This document shows, piece after piece, positions 28,375-36,932 of a DNA stretch of 64,000 bases. Source of the stretch: a virus (Duplodnaviria; Caudoviricetes); the IMG/VR virus record IMGVR_UViG_3300042402_003952. One strand, given 5' to 3'. Position 1 is the stretch's first letter. Every line of letters starts with the position of its first letter. Under the pieces are notes generated by a model. It was not told the DNA's origin. It did no database searches and worked only from the letters and a program-made list of their open reading frames with translations. Made by a program: the position numbers and the translations under genes.

Positions 28375-28762
28375 AGATGATTTTTACTGCACACTTAAAT
28401 TAAAAACAGGTGAAGAGATCTTTGCTAAAGTAGCAGCCTCTGAAGAAGAAGATAGAACTATGTTGATAGTTAGTAATCCAATTATTGTAAGTGAGATTAA
28501 AACAAAATTAGGTGTTGTTGGATATAAATTAGAACCTTGGTTAAAAACTACGACTGATGATATGTTTATTATTAACTTAGAAGATGTCATCACAATGTCT
28601 GAATCTTCTGATGTTGAAATGATAATGATGTATCAAAATTACATACGTCAAGAAAGTAAGAATAATTCAAGTAAACATTCTCAGATCAATCGTAGAATGG
28701 GGTATATTGCTAATGTGAATGATGCTAAAGAGATTTTAGAGAAGCTTTATAAAAATAGCTAA
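28364..28762 (+). CDS. Conserved hypothetical protein upstream of gp55
   Basis: 132 aa, FY.T.KLKTGEEIFAKV...EPWLKTT.DDMF. Confidence 0.75.
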   Translation: MGIEDDFYCTLKLKTGEEIFAKVAASEEEDRTMLIVSNPIIVSEIKTKLGVVGYKLEPWLKTTTDDMFIINLEDVITMSESSDVEMIMMYQNYIRQESKNNSSKHSQINRRMGYIANVNDAKEILEKLYKNS

Positions 28763-28791
28763 ATCTAATCTTTTGAACCTCCACAAAGGTA

Positions 28792-28820
28792 ATTGTACAG
28801 GGTTTGAAGCACCTTGTCAA
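28792..28820 (-). promoter_or_regulatory. Antisense sigma70-type promoter (TTGACA-17-TACAAT)
   Basis: Minus strand: -35 at 28820-28815, 17-bp spacer, -10 at 28797-28792. Confidence 0.6.
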
Positions 28821-28842
28821 GCATTTTTATAAATGGTATAAT
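28814..28842 (+). promoter_or_regulatory. Sigma70-type promoter for gp55 (TTGTCA-17-TATAAT, extended -10)
   Basis: Read directly; TG at 28834-35. Confidence 0.75.
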
Positions 28843-28867
28843 CTATACATAATAATGATAAAAACTT

Positions 28868-29365
28868 ATGATAACCACAGCAGTCATGACCAAAAGAAAG
28901 AGGTCAGAGCATTACGTCAACAACAAAGAGTTTCTTGCTGCTCTAATTAAGTACCGCGAAGATAAAGAAATTGCAGAGATTCAAGGAAAACCAAAGCCCC
29001 CCATTCCCCGCTACATTGGAGAGTGTTTCCTGAAGATTGCTAATCACTTATCATTCAAACCAAACTTCGTGAACTATATGTTTAAGGAAGATATGATTTC
29101 TGATGGTATTGAGAATTGCGTTCAATACATTCATAACTTCAATCCAGAGAAGTCACAAAACCCTTTTGCATACTTCACTCAAATCATTCATTACGCTTTC
29201 CTTCGCAGAATCCAAAGAGAGAAGCGTCAATTGGAAATCAAAAACAAAATCCTTGAGCGTTCTGGGTATTCTGAAGTCTTCACTGACGATAACAATGTTG
29301 ACGGCGGGAACTATTCCGATTACAACTCAATTAAAGATGGTGTACATAGTAAGTTGAGATATTAA
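28868..29365 (+). CDS. gp55: Late-transcription sigma factor
   Basis: HYVNNKEFL, YIGECFLKIA.HLS.KPNF.NY, MISDGIEN, NPFAYFTQI..YAF.RRI..EK. Confidence 0.97.
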   Translation: MITTAVMTKRKRSEHYVNNKEFLAALIKYREDKEIAEIQGKPKPPIPRYIGECFLKIANHLSFKPNFVNYMFKEDMISDGIENCVQYIHNFNPEKSQNPFAYFTQIIHYAFLRRIQREKRQLEIKNKILERSGYSEVFTDDNNVDGGNYSDYNSIKDGVHSKLRY

Positions 29366-29409
29366 ACTATAATATTTTATTTTATAAATATTATAGTATT
29401 ATAGTTTAA
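29362..29409 (+). promoter_or_regulatory. 13-bp inverted repeat with the TATAAATA late promoter in its loop
   Basis: ttaaactataata / tattatagtttaa; TATAAATA at 29383-90; the ATG is 6 nt after the stem. Confidence 0.75.
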
Positions 29410-29414
29410 ATCTA

Positions 29415-29924
29415 ATGCACCCAAGACAAATTGCTGCAGAAAAAGGTGAAAAGTTTTATCAAGGCAAACCATGCAAAAAATGCAGAAATACTTTGAGATA
29501 TACTTCTATGACAGGATGTGTTAATTGTACTAAAGAGAATTCAATAAAAAGATTTGAGAATGGTGATGTAAAAGAATGGGTTCAAAAAAATAGGGAAAAA
29601 GTAAATGCTTCTAATAGAAAAAGATATAATTTATTAAGTCTTGAAGAAAAAAGAAAAAGAAATAGAAAGCAACAAATTTCTTTATATGGATTGACAGTTG
29701 AGCAATATGATGATATTCTCATACAACAAAACTGTGTTTGTGCTATATGTGGTAAACCAGAAAAATCCTCCTCAAAGGGAGTTTTGTCTATTGACCACGA
29801 TCACACAACTGGTAAAGTTAGAGGATTGCTCTGTGATACCTGTAATAGTGGATTGGGACACTTTTATGATAGCATTGACTTACTACAAGGTGCTATGCTA
29901 TACTTGAAACAACACTCTGAATGA
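29415..29924 (+). mobile_element. Endonuclease VII-family (His-Me finger) homing endonuclease
   Basis: CAICG...SIDHDH.TGKVRGLLC..CN.GLG.F.D, plus N-terminal CxxC pairs. Confidence 0.88.
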
Positions 29925-29925
29925 T

Positions 29926-30966
29926 ATGAAAGTCGCAATTATTACAGACCAGCACTTCGGATGTCGTAAGAATTCTAAACTCTTTCATGATTATTTTCTA
30001 AAGTTTTACAATGATGTATTTTTCCCTACACTCGAAGAGCAAGGGATTACTACTGTTGTAGACATGGGAGATACTTTTGATAGTCGTAAAGGTATTGACT
30101 TTTCTGCTCTTTCTTGGGCTAAAAATAATTATTATGACCGTCTCCAAGAAATGGGAGTAAAAGTTCATACAATTGTTGGTAATCATACATCTTACTATAA
30201 GAATACTAATAATGTAAATGCGGTTGACTTGCTTCTGCGTGAATATGATAACGTAACCGTTTATTCTGACCCAACAGAAGTGATGTTGGGTCAACTACCC
30301 GTACTTTTTATACCTTGGATTAATCAAGAAAATGAAGCAAAAACTCTTAAACTTATTGAAAAGACAACTTGCCCGTGCGCGATGGGGCATCTTGAACTCC
30401 AAGGATTTAGAGTTAATAAACAAATCGTCATGGAGCATGGTTTGGAAAGCAAACTATTTGGTAAGTTCTCCAGAGTCTACTCGGGACACTATCACACTAG
30501 ATCGGACAATGGTGTAGTTTATTATCTTGGAAATCCTTATGAGATGTTTTGGGCAGACGTTGGAGATACGAGAGGATTTCATATTTTTGATACTGAAACA
30601 ATAACTCACGAACCAATCAATAATCCTTATAGACTTTTTTATAATATCTATTATGAAGATGAAAATTATCAAACTTTTGATACTAGGGAGTATGAAAATA
30701 AAATTGTAAAAGTAGTTGTTCGCAAAAAATCAGATACTAAAAAGTTTGAAAAATTTATTGATAAACTTTATGCAGATAATGTTGCAGAACTTAAAGTAAT
30801 TGAGAATTTTAATATTCAAGAATCTGAAGATTTTGAAGCATTTGAATCTGAAGATACACTTTCAATCCTGAATAGATATATTGAGGAGGCAGAAGTTAAT
30901 CTTGATAAATCAGTAGTTCAAAAACTACTTCAAGAAGTATATCAAGAGGCATGTGAACTGATTTAA
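29926..30966 (+). CDS. gp47: Recombination nuclease subunit (Mre11/SbcD-like)
   Basis: ITDQHFG, DMGD.FD, VGNH, MGHLE, SGHYH, YLGNPY. Confidence 0.97.
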   Translation: MKVAIITDQHFGCRKNSKLFHDYFLKFYNDVFFPTLEEQGITTVVDMGDTFDSRKGIDFSALSWAKNNYYDRLQEMGVKVHTIVGNHTSYYKNTNNVNAVDLLLREYDNVTVYSDPTEVMLGQLPVLFIPWINQENEAKTLKLIEKTTCPCAMGHLELQGFRVNKQIVMEHGLESKLFGKFSRVYSGHYHTRSDNGVVYYLGNPYEMFWADVGDTRGFHIFDTETITHEPINNPYRLFYNIYYEDENYQTFDTREYENKIVKVVVRKKSDTKKFEKFIDKLYADNVAELKVIENFNIQESEDFEAFESEDTLSILNRYIEEAEVNLDKSVVQKLLQEVYQEACELI

Positions 30967-31241
30967 TGTTTATTCTAACAATCAATGGTAGAGAAAAGGA
31001 AGGTGCATATTCTGTAATGAACGATGAAGGTGAGCATATCCTTTATTTGTTTCAAGAGGAAGATGATGCTATGAGATATGCCATGATGTTAGAAGAAGAT
31101 GGATACCCAGAAATGCATGTAATTGAAATAGAAGATCATGTAATGATAAAAACTTGTGAACTTCATGATTATCAATACACTATAATAACTCCGGATGATA
31201 TTGTTATTCCTCCAAATAATGTGACTTATGATTATTTTTAA
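30966..31241 (+). CDS. Conserved hypothetical protein
   Basis: 91 aa, EGAY.V, LF.EEDDA.RYA.ML; coupled to gp47 and gp46. Confidence 0.75.
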   Translation: MFILTINGREKEGAYSVMNDEGEHILYLFQEEDDAMRYAMMLEEDGYPEMHVIEIEDHVMIKTCELHDYQYTIITPDDIVIPPNNVTYDYF

Positions 31242-32946
31242 AACTATAAAATGGCGCAATTTCTTAAGTACTGGCAATCAATACACAGAAGTAGATTTTA
31301 CAAAAAATAAAACAAATCTAATCATAGGTTCTAATGGAGCAGGAAAAAGTACTGTTCTTGATGCACTTACTTTTTCTTTGTTTGGCAAACCATTTCGTAA
31401 GATTAATAAACCACAACTTATTAATTCTGTAAATGATAGAGATTGTAGAGTTGAAGTTGAGTTTGATATTGGTAATATTTCTTGGAAAGTAGTAAGGGGT
31501 ATTAAACCAAATATTTTCGAAATTTATCGTGATAATTCTCTTTTGGATCAATCATCAGCAGCATTGGACCAACAAAAATGGTTGGAACAAAATGTTTTAA
31601 AAATGAATTATAAGTCTTTTACTCAGATTGTAATTCTTGGGTCTAGTACTTTTGTTCCTTTCATGCAACTTTCATCTGCTCATCGTCGTGAGGTGATTGA
31701 AGATCTTCTAGATATTAAGATTTTTTCTTCTATGAATCTTGTCATTAAACAAAAGATTCGTTCCATTAAGGATGAAATAAAAACTTTTGAATTGAAGAAA
31801 GAATCTCTCAGTGATAAAGTTAAGATGCAGAAAGAGTTTATTGAAGAACTTGAAAACCGTGGAAATGCCAACATAAATGCCAATAAAGAAAAGATTGCCA
31901 ATTTAGATGAAGAAATTGGCAATTATACTCGGGAAAACGAGTCCGTAGAAGAACCTCTTAGAGTACTTATTCGTGAGCAAGATGCTATCACAGGATATGC
32001 AGAGAAACTCCGTAAACTGGGAAATCTTAAAGGAAAGATCTCTCAAAAAGTATCTATGATTACTAAAGAGCATAAGTTCTTTAGTGAGAATACGGTCTGC
32101 CCCACCTGCACACAATCAATTGATGAAGAGTTTAGAATAAATAGAATTACAGACGCTCAAAATAAAGCAAAAGAGTTGCAATCTGGTTATAAAGAACTGG
32201 AGGAGGCAATTAAAGAGGAGGAAGAGCGAGAGCGTCAATTCAATACTCTATCGAAGGAGATTTCAAACTTAACGAATGGCATTTCTCAAAACAATATTAA
32301 GATTAATGGATTGCGAAGGCAAATCAGAAATCTTGAACAAGAAATTCAAGTTCTTACCGAGAACCTTGCAAACAGAAATTCTGAACATGAGAAGTTAGAA
32401 TCCTTCAAAGAAAACTTAAAAACTACATACGACGAACTCGCTTCTAAAAAAGACGCAATCAACTATTACGATTTTTCGTATAGTTTGCTCAAAGACGGTG
32501 GAGTAAAAACCAAAATCATTAAGAAGTATTTGCCTCTGATAAATCAGCAAGTTAACCGTTATCTTCAGATGATGGATTTTTATATTAACTTCACTCTTGA
32601 TGAGGAATTTAACGAAACCGTCCAGTCACCTATTCATGAAGATTTCTCCTATGCTTCTTTTAGTGAGGGGGAAAAAATGAGAATCGACATTGCACTTCTT
32701 TTCACTTGGAGAGAAGTTGCTAGAATGAAGAACTCAGTTAATACAAATCTTCTCATTATGGATGAAGTATTTGATAGTTCACTTGATGGATTTGGAACGG
32801 AAGAGTTTCTTAAGATTATTCGTTATGTAATCAAAGATGCTAATATTTTCGTAATCTCCCACAAAACCGGACTAGAGGATAGATTTGAACAAGTTATAAA
32901 ATTTGAAAAAATAAAAGGATTTAGTAGGATGGTCGTTAATATCTGA
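31228..32946 (+). CDS. gp46: Recombination ATPase subunit (Rad50/SbcC-like)
   Basis: G.NGAGKST, coiled coil with CPTC hook, SFSEGEK.RID, LLIMDE. Confidence 0.97.
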   Translation: MIIFKTIKWRNFLSTGNQYTEVDFTKNKTNLIIGSNGAGKSTVLDALTFSLFGKPFRKINKPQLINSVNDRDCRVEVEFDIGNISWKVVRGIKPNIFEIYRDNSLLDQSSAALDQQKWLEQNVLKMNYKSFTQIVILGSSTFVPFMQLSSAHRREVIEDLLDIKIFSSMNLVIKQKIRSIKDEIKTFELKKESLSDKVKMQKEFIEELENRGNANINANKEKIANLDEEIGNYTRENESVEEPLRVLIREQDAITGYAEKLRKLGNLKGKISQKVSMITKEHKFFSENTVCPTCTQSIDEEFRINRITDAQNKAKELQSGYKELEEAIKEEEERERQFNTLSKEISNLTNGISQNNIKINGLRRQIRNLEQEIQVLTENLANRNSEHEKLESFKENLKTTYDELASKKDAINYYDFSYSLLKDGGVKTKIIKKYLPLINQQVNRYLQMMDFYINFTLDEEFNETVQSPIHEDFSYASFSEGEKMRIDIALLFTWREVARMKNSVNTNLLIMDEVFDSSLDGFGTEEFLKIIRYVIKDANIFVISHKTGLEDRFEQVIKFEKIKGFSRMVVNI

Positions 32947-32947
32947 A

Positions 32948-33003
32948 CCACTTTTAAATCTGTCTATTGTAGCAGACATTTGCAAAGAACTGCTGCTACA
33001 ATA
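32948..33003 (+). promoter_or_regulatory. Early-type promoter: upstream 18-mer motif, inverted repeat, extended -10 (TGC-TACAAT)
   Basis: CCACTTTTAAATCTGTCT ends 31 nt before TACAAT; same layout as 36856-36910. Confidence 0.55.
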
Positions 33004-33026
33004 TTAGAAGTTCAAAAGCACACCAG

Positions 33027-35216
33027 ATGTCCGTTAATCTAGAAGTCAAGGGTTCTCTTGCCAAATGTCTGGCAACTGAAAACCTGATTATCGAACACAA
33101 GAAAGTTCCGACTGCAATGTTCGATGTGGACCGTCGTGTTCTGACTCTTCCTACCTGGGATAAAGCATCTGCGACTGTCTATGACCTTTTGGTAGGACAC
33201 GAAGTTGGACACGCACTGTTCACCGATAATATTGACTGGACTGTAGATTATCCCGAAGTTCCTAAAGACTTTGTGAATGTTCTTGAGGATGTTCGTGTAG
33301 AACGTCTGATGAAGAAAAAGTATCCTGGTCTTTCTCGGACTTTCTATAATGGTTATAATGAATTGAATTCTGGTGACTTCTTTTCAACCAAGGAAGAGAA
33401 CCTGGATGAACTGACTTTCATTGACCGAATCAATCTGTATTACAAGATTGGTGCATTTCATAACATTGCTTTCTCTGATGAAGAGAACGAGTTTCTGACT
33501 CGTGCAATTCAGACCGAAACGTTTGATGAAGTGCTGCAACTTGCTCGTCAAATCACGGAGTTTGTTCAATACAAACGTCAAAAGGTAGATAATATGCCCA
33601 CTCAAGGTGGTGGGGAAGAAATGTCTGGTCCTGGTGGTGAAGAAGTAGAAGGTCCAGAGAACTCTTCTTCCCAAGATGGAGAGAACCAAGATGGACAGAA
33701 CCAAAGTAATCTTCAGCAAGATTCACAGGGTCAGTCTCAATCTGAAGGTGAATCCTTTGGTGATGACCTGAATAAGTCTATGGAAGCACCGAATGGTGGT
33801 GGTTTCGGTCAGGAAGCAAGCAATAAGCACGAGAAAACTAATCATGATGAGATGACTTCCAAGACTTCTCGTTCCTTTGATGAAAAGTCTCAAGACCTTG
33901 TGGATAAGTTTGCACAAGAAACTAACTATGTGGAACTTCCCAAGATGAATCTTGAGACGATGGTGATTCCTAATGACTTTATTCACGCAAAAGCAAAGGA
34001 ATACTATGAGATGAAGGGAACTTATGTTGCAGAAACCTTCAAGGTTGCTTGTCAGGAATACAATACCTACAAGAAATCTGCAGAGAAAGAAGTTTCTTAT
34101 CTGGTAAAAGAGTTTGAGTGCAAGAAGTCTGCTGACCAGTATGCTCGTTCTAGCACTGCTCGCACTGGTGTTCTGGATACTTCCAAACTCCATACCTATA
34201 AGTTCAACGAAGACCTGTTCAAGAAGATTTCTGTGGTCCCTGATGGTAAGAATCATGGTCTCATCTTCATTCTTGACTGGTCTGGTTCAATGAGTGAGTT
34301 TATTCTGGATGCTTACAAGCAACTGCTGAATCTCATTTGGTTCTGCCGTAAGGTGAACATTCCCTTTGAAGTGTATGCTTTCACTCTGGATGCACATTCT
34401 TATATGGAACTCCAACCGAATCATCCTCCTGTGTATGATAAAGTTCCTGGTGTTCTTGCGCCCGAACAATCATTCCGTCTGATGAATTTCTTCACCAGCA
34501 AAACCAATAATCGTGTTCTTGAAGAACAACTCAAGAATATCTGGTGTGCTTGCTGGTCTTATCAGAAACGCAGTGGTGCTGTTCCTCCTCACTTGGATCT
34601 TTCGGGTTCTCCTATTGGCGAAAGTCTGATGGCACTTCATTCTCTGATTCCTGATTTTCAGGCAAAGAATAAATTGCAGAAGGTGAATGTTATCTTCCTG
34701 ACTGATGGTGAGGGATACCAGAATTCCGTGACGGTTGAACGTAAGGGTCGTTATCCTGATTCTCCTTCCTACGTTGGGAATACAAAGTATCCTCGCACTG
34801 CTATTCGTGATAGGAAGACTGGTCGTGTTTATTCTTCTCTGGATTATGATAACTTCCCTCGTTATGCCAAAGTTCTCCTACAAACGGTGAAAGACAGGTT
34901 CCCAACTGTGAATGTGATTAACTTCCGCATCACTCCTGGACGTGATTTCGCAATGTGTCATCGTTGGTATGGAACTGGTGTAGAGAACTATGAAAAAGTC
35001 AAGGGTGAGTTCCGTAAGCAAGGTTGTGTTCAATTCCAAGACACTGGATTTGACCAATTCAATGTGATTGCTGCTAACTCTCTTGCGCAAGATGAGGAGT
35101 TTTCTGTTCCCGAGAATGCAACAAAAGCACAAATCAAGAGCAGTTTTTCTAAAATGTTGGGCAAAAAGAAAACAAATAAAAAACTTCTTTCCAATTTTAT
35201 CACCACCATTGCATAA
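33027..35216 (+). CDS. CobT-like protein: N-terminal HExxH metallopeptidase-like domain plus vWA (MIDAS) domain
   Basis: GHEVGHAL, N..ED.RVE, acidic linker, LDWSGSM MIDAS, FLTDGEG. Confidence 0.8.
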   Translation: MSVNLEVKGSLAKCLATENLIIEHKKVPTAMFDVDRRVLTLPTWDKASATVYDLLVGHEVGHALFTDNIDWTVDYPEVPKDFVNVLEDVRVERLMKKKYPGLSRTFYNGYNELNSGDFFSTKEENLDELTFIDRINLYYKIGAFHNIAFSDEENEFLTRAIQTETFDEVLQLARQITEFVQYKRQKVDNMPTQGGGEEMSGPGGEEVEGPENSSSQDGENQDGQNQSNLQQDSQGQSQSEGESFGDDLNKSMEAPNGGGFGQEASNKHEKTNHDEMTSKTSRSFDEKSQDLVDKFAQETNYVELPKMNLETMVIPNDFIHAKAKEYYEMKGTYVAETFKVACQEYNTYKKSAEKEVSYLVKEFECKKSADQYARSSTARTGVLDTSKLHTYKFNEDLFKKISVVPDGKNHGLIFILDWSGSMSEFILDAYKQLLNLIWFCRKVNIPFEVYAFTLDAHSYMELQPNHPPVYDKVPGVLAPEQSFRLMNFFTSKTNNRVLEEQLKNIWCACWSYQKRSGAVPPHLDLSGSPIGESLMALHSLIPDFQAKNKLQKVNVIFLTDGEGYQNSVTVERKGRYPDSPSYVGNTKYPRTAIRDRKTGRVYSSLDYDNFPRYAKVLLQTVKDRFPTVNVINFRITPGRDFAMCHRWYGTGVENYEKVKGEFRKQGCVQFQDTGFDQFNVIAANSLAQDEEFSVPENATKAQIKSSFSKMLGKKKTNKKLLSNFITTIA

Positions 35217-35221
35217 TTTCT

Positions 35222-36205
35222 ATGAATTTTTATACCTATGCTTACTTGAGAGAGGATGGCACCCCTTACTACATCGGTAAGGGGCAAGGTAAAAGATTAT
35301 ACGAAAAGCATAAGAGAAAGGGTCAGAAAGACTTTAGACCAAAATTAAAAAATGGTTCTATTGATAAAAATAGAATAATATTTCTGAAGAAAAATCTTAC
35401 CGAAGAGGAAGCATTTAGTCACGAAGTCTATATGATTTCTCTTTTTGGTAGAAAAGATTTGAAAACAGGGATTCTCATTAATATGACTGATGGTGGAGAT
35501 GGTGTCTCTGGAAGTATTTTGAGTGAAGAGAGAAAACAGATTGTTTCAAGAAGATTTTCTAAATCATTTGAACTTGTAAGTCCTCAATTAGAATTAGTTT
35601 CTGGACATCACATAGGGAATTTTTGTGAAAAGTATAACTTAATACAAGAAGTTATTTCCCAGATTTTATCTGGGAAAAGAATATCCCACAAAGGGTGGAC
35701 ACATCCAGATAGACCTCTATCGTGCAAAATTTTTTATATTAGGAATTCAACTGGGGAACTATTCTGCTTTGGTGATATTGATGAATTTTGTGATAAGAAT
35801 AATCTATCAAAAACCAACGTATACAATGTTATGATTGGAAGAAGAAAATTCTGCAATAACGGATGGCATTCCCTAGAATCTAAATTTGAAGAATATAAAC
35901 TTGTATCTCCCGAAGGTAAAATTGTTATCTGGAATACAAGTGATAGAACGTTTTGCTCCAAGTATGGTCTGCGTAAATGGTTATTATTTTCTTTAGTATC
36001 TGGTGAGATAAAACAAACTAGTGGATGGACTTTATATACCAACCCAATAAAAAAACATAAACTTTTATCTCCAAAGAATGAAATGGTAGAATTTATTAAC
36101 ATCACTAAATTTTCAAAGAAAAATAATCTATCCAGAGATAGTATTGGGGACTTATTGAGGGGGAAAAGGAGTGAATACAAAGGTTGGACAAAACCACCCA
36201 ACTGA
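35222..36205 (+). mobile_element. Free-standing GIY-YIG-type homing endonuclease with repeated C-terminal HTH-like (NUMOD1/IENR-like) units
   Basis: FYTYAYLREDGTPYYIGKG; four LVSP.G...FC..Y.L...G.R...KGW-like repeats. Confidence 0.8.
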
Positions 36206-36212
36206 CCACCTG

Positions 36213-36239
36213 GGGGAGTATTTAATACTCCCCTTTTTT
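36213..36239 (+). terminator. Intrinsic terminator, immediately followed by TATAAATA (36239-46)
   Basis: ggggagtat-tta-atactcccc followed by a T run. Confidence 0.85.
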
Positions 36240-36266
36240 ATAAATAACTAAAAAGTATTTGTAAAA

Positions 36267-36809
36267 ATGGACGCACAAGAACTTCGCAATCTTCAAGAAG
36301 CATATATGGAAGTTGTTGAAAATCAGAAACTTGATGAAGGAGAAAAACCATTACCATATGGTCGTATGATGAAAAAGTCTGATGAACTTGCTGATTCTGA
36401 TGATAAAAAGAAAAGAAACAGAGCAGCAAAGATTTACCTAGCAGCAAATGCACCAAAAGGACCAAAAGTTAAGGTTAGAAAAGAACAAGTAGACCTCTAC
36501 GACATTATCCTCTCACATCTTCTTGATGAAGGATATGCTGAAACACCAGAAGCAGCAGAAGCAATTATGGTGAACATGAGTGAAGAGTGGAGAGAGAATA
36601 TTATGGAAAGGGAATATGGACCTGATGAAAAACTACCAGGAAGTGGATTGACTCCAAAACAAAAATATAGAGCAAAACGTGGAAGGTTTATGAAATCAAA
36701 AAAACCTTCCCAAAATGAAACTGGAAGACAAAGAGCACAAAGAATGGCTCAAAATTATTATATTGGCACAACAAAACAACAATATGATAATTTTGGAATA
36801 GGAAATTGA
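36267..36809 (+). CDS. Late-expressed modular protein (LLDEGY module), putative internal head protein
   Basis: L.EAY leader, YD.ILSHLLDEGYA...AEAIMVNMSEEW module, basic segments; has its own late promoter. Confidence 0.65.
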   Translation: MDAQELRNLQEAYMEVVENQKLDEGEKPLPYGRMMKKSDELADSDDKKKRNRAAKIYLAANAPKGPKVKVRKEQVDLYDIILSHLLDEGYAETPEAAEAIMVNMSEEWRENIMEREYGPDEKLPGSGLTPKQKYRAKRGRFMKSKKPSQNETGRQRAQRMAQNYYIGTTKQQYDNFGIGN

Positions 36810-36855
36810 TACTTGTAATCTCAATAAACGGCATTTATTGGGAATTTAACTAAAC

Positions 36856-36910
36856 CCACTTCCCAAACCGTCCCAAGGTGCTCCAGAGGCACCTTTTTTT
36901 GTGCTATGAT
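36856..36910 (+). promoter_or_regulatory. Early-type promoter: upstream 18-mer motif, hairpin, extended -10 (TGC-TATGAT)
   Basis: CCACTTCCCAAACCGTCC ends 31 nt before TATGAT; aaggtgc/gcacctt inverted repeat lies between them. Confidence 0.55.
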
Positions 36911-36932
36911 TACGGAGTAATCAAACAAACCG

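Noticed and set aside
35110-35216. Possible replaced 3' ends of the cobT-like gene and gp55 next to their endonucleases (codon style becomes more AT-rich)
   Set aside because: Unlike the primase case, no displaced duplicate is visible downstream, and compositional impression alone is insufficient.
36190-36246. Degenerate third copy of the early-promoter motif (CTGACC ending 31 nt before TATAAA)
   Set aside because: The CCACTT half is missing; the spacing match could be coincidental.
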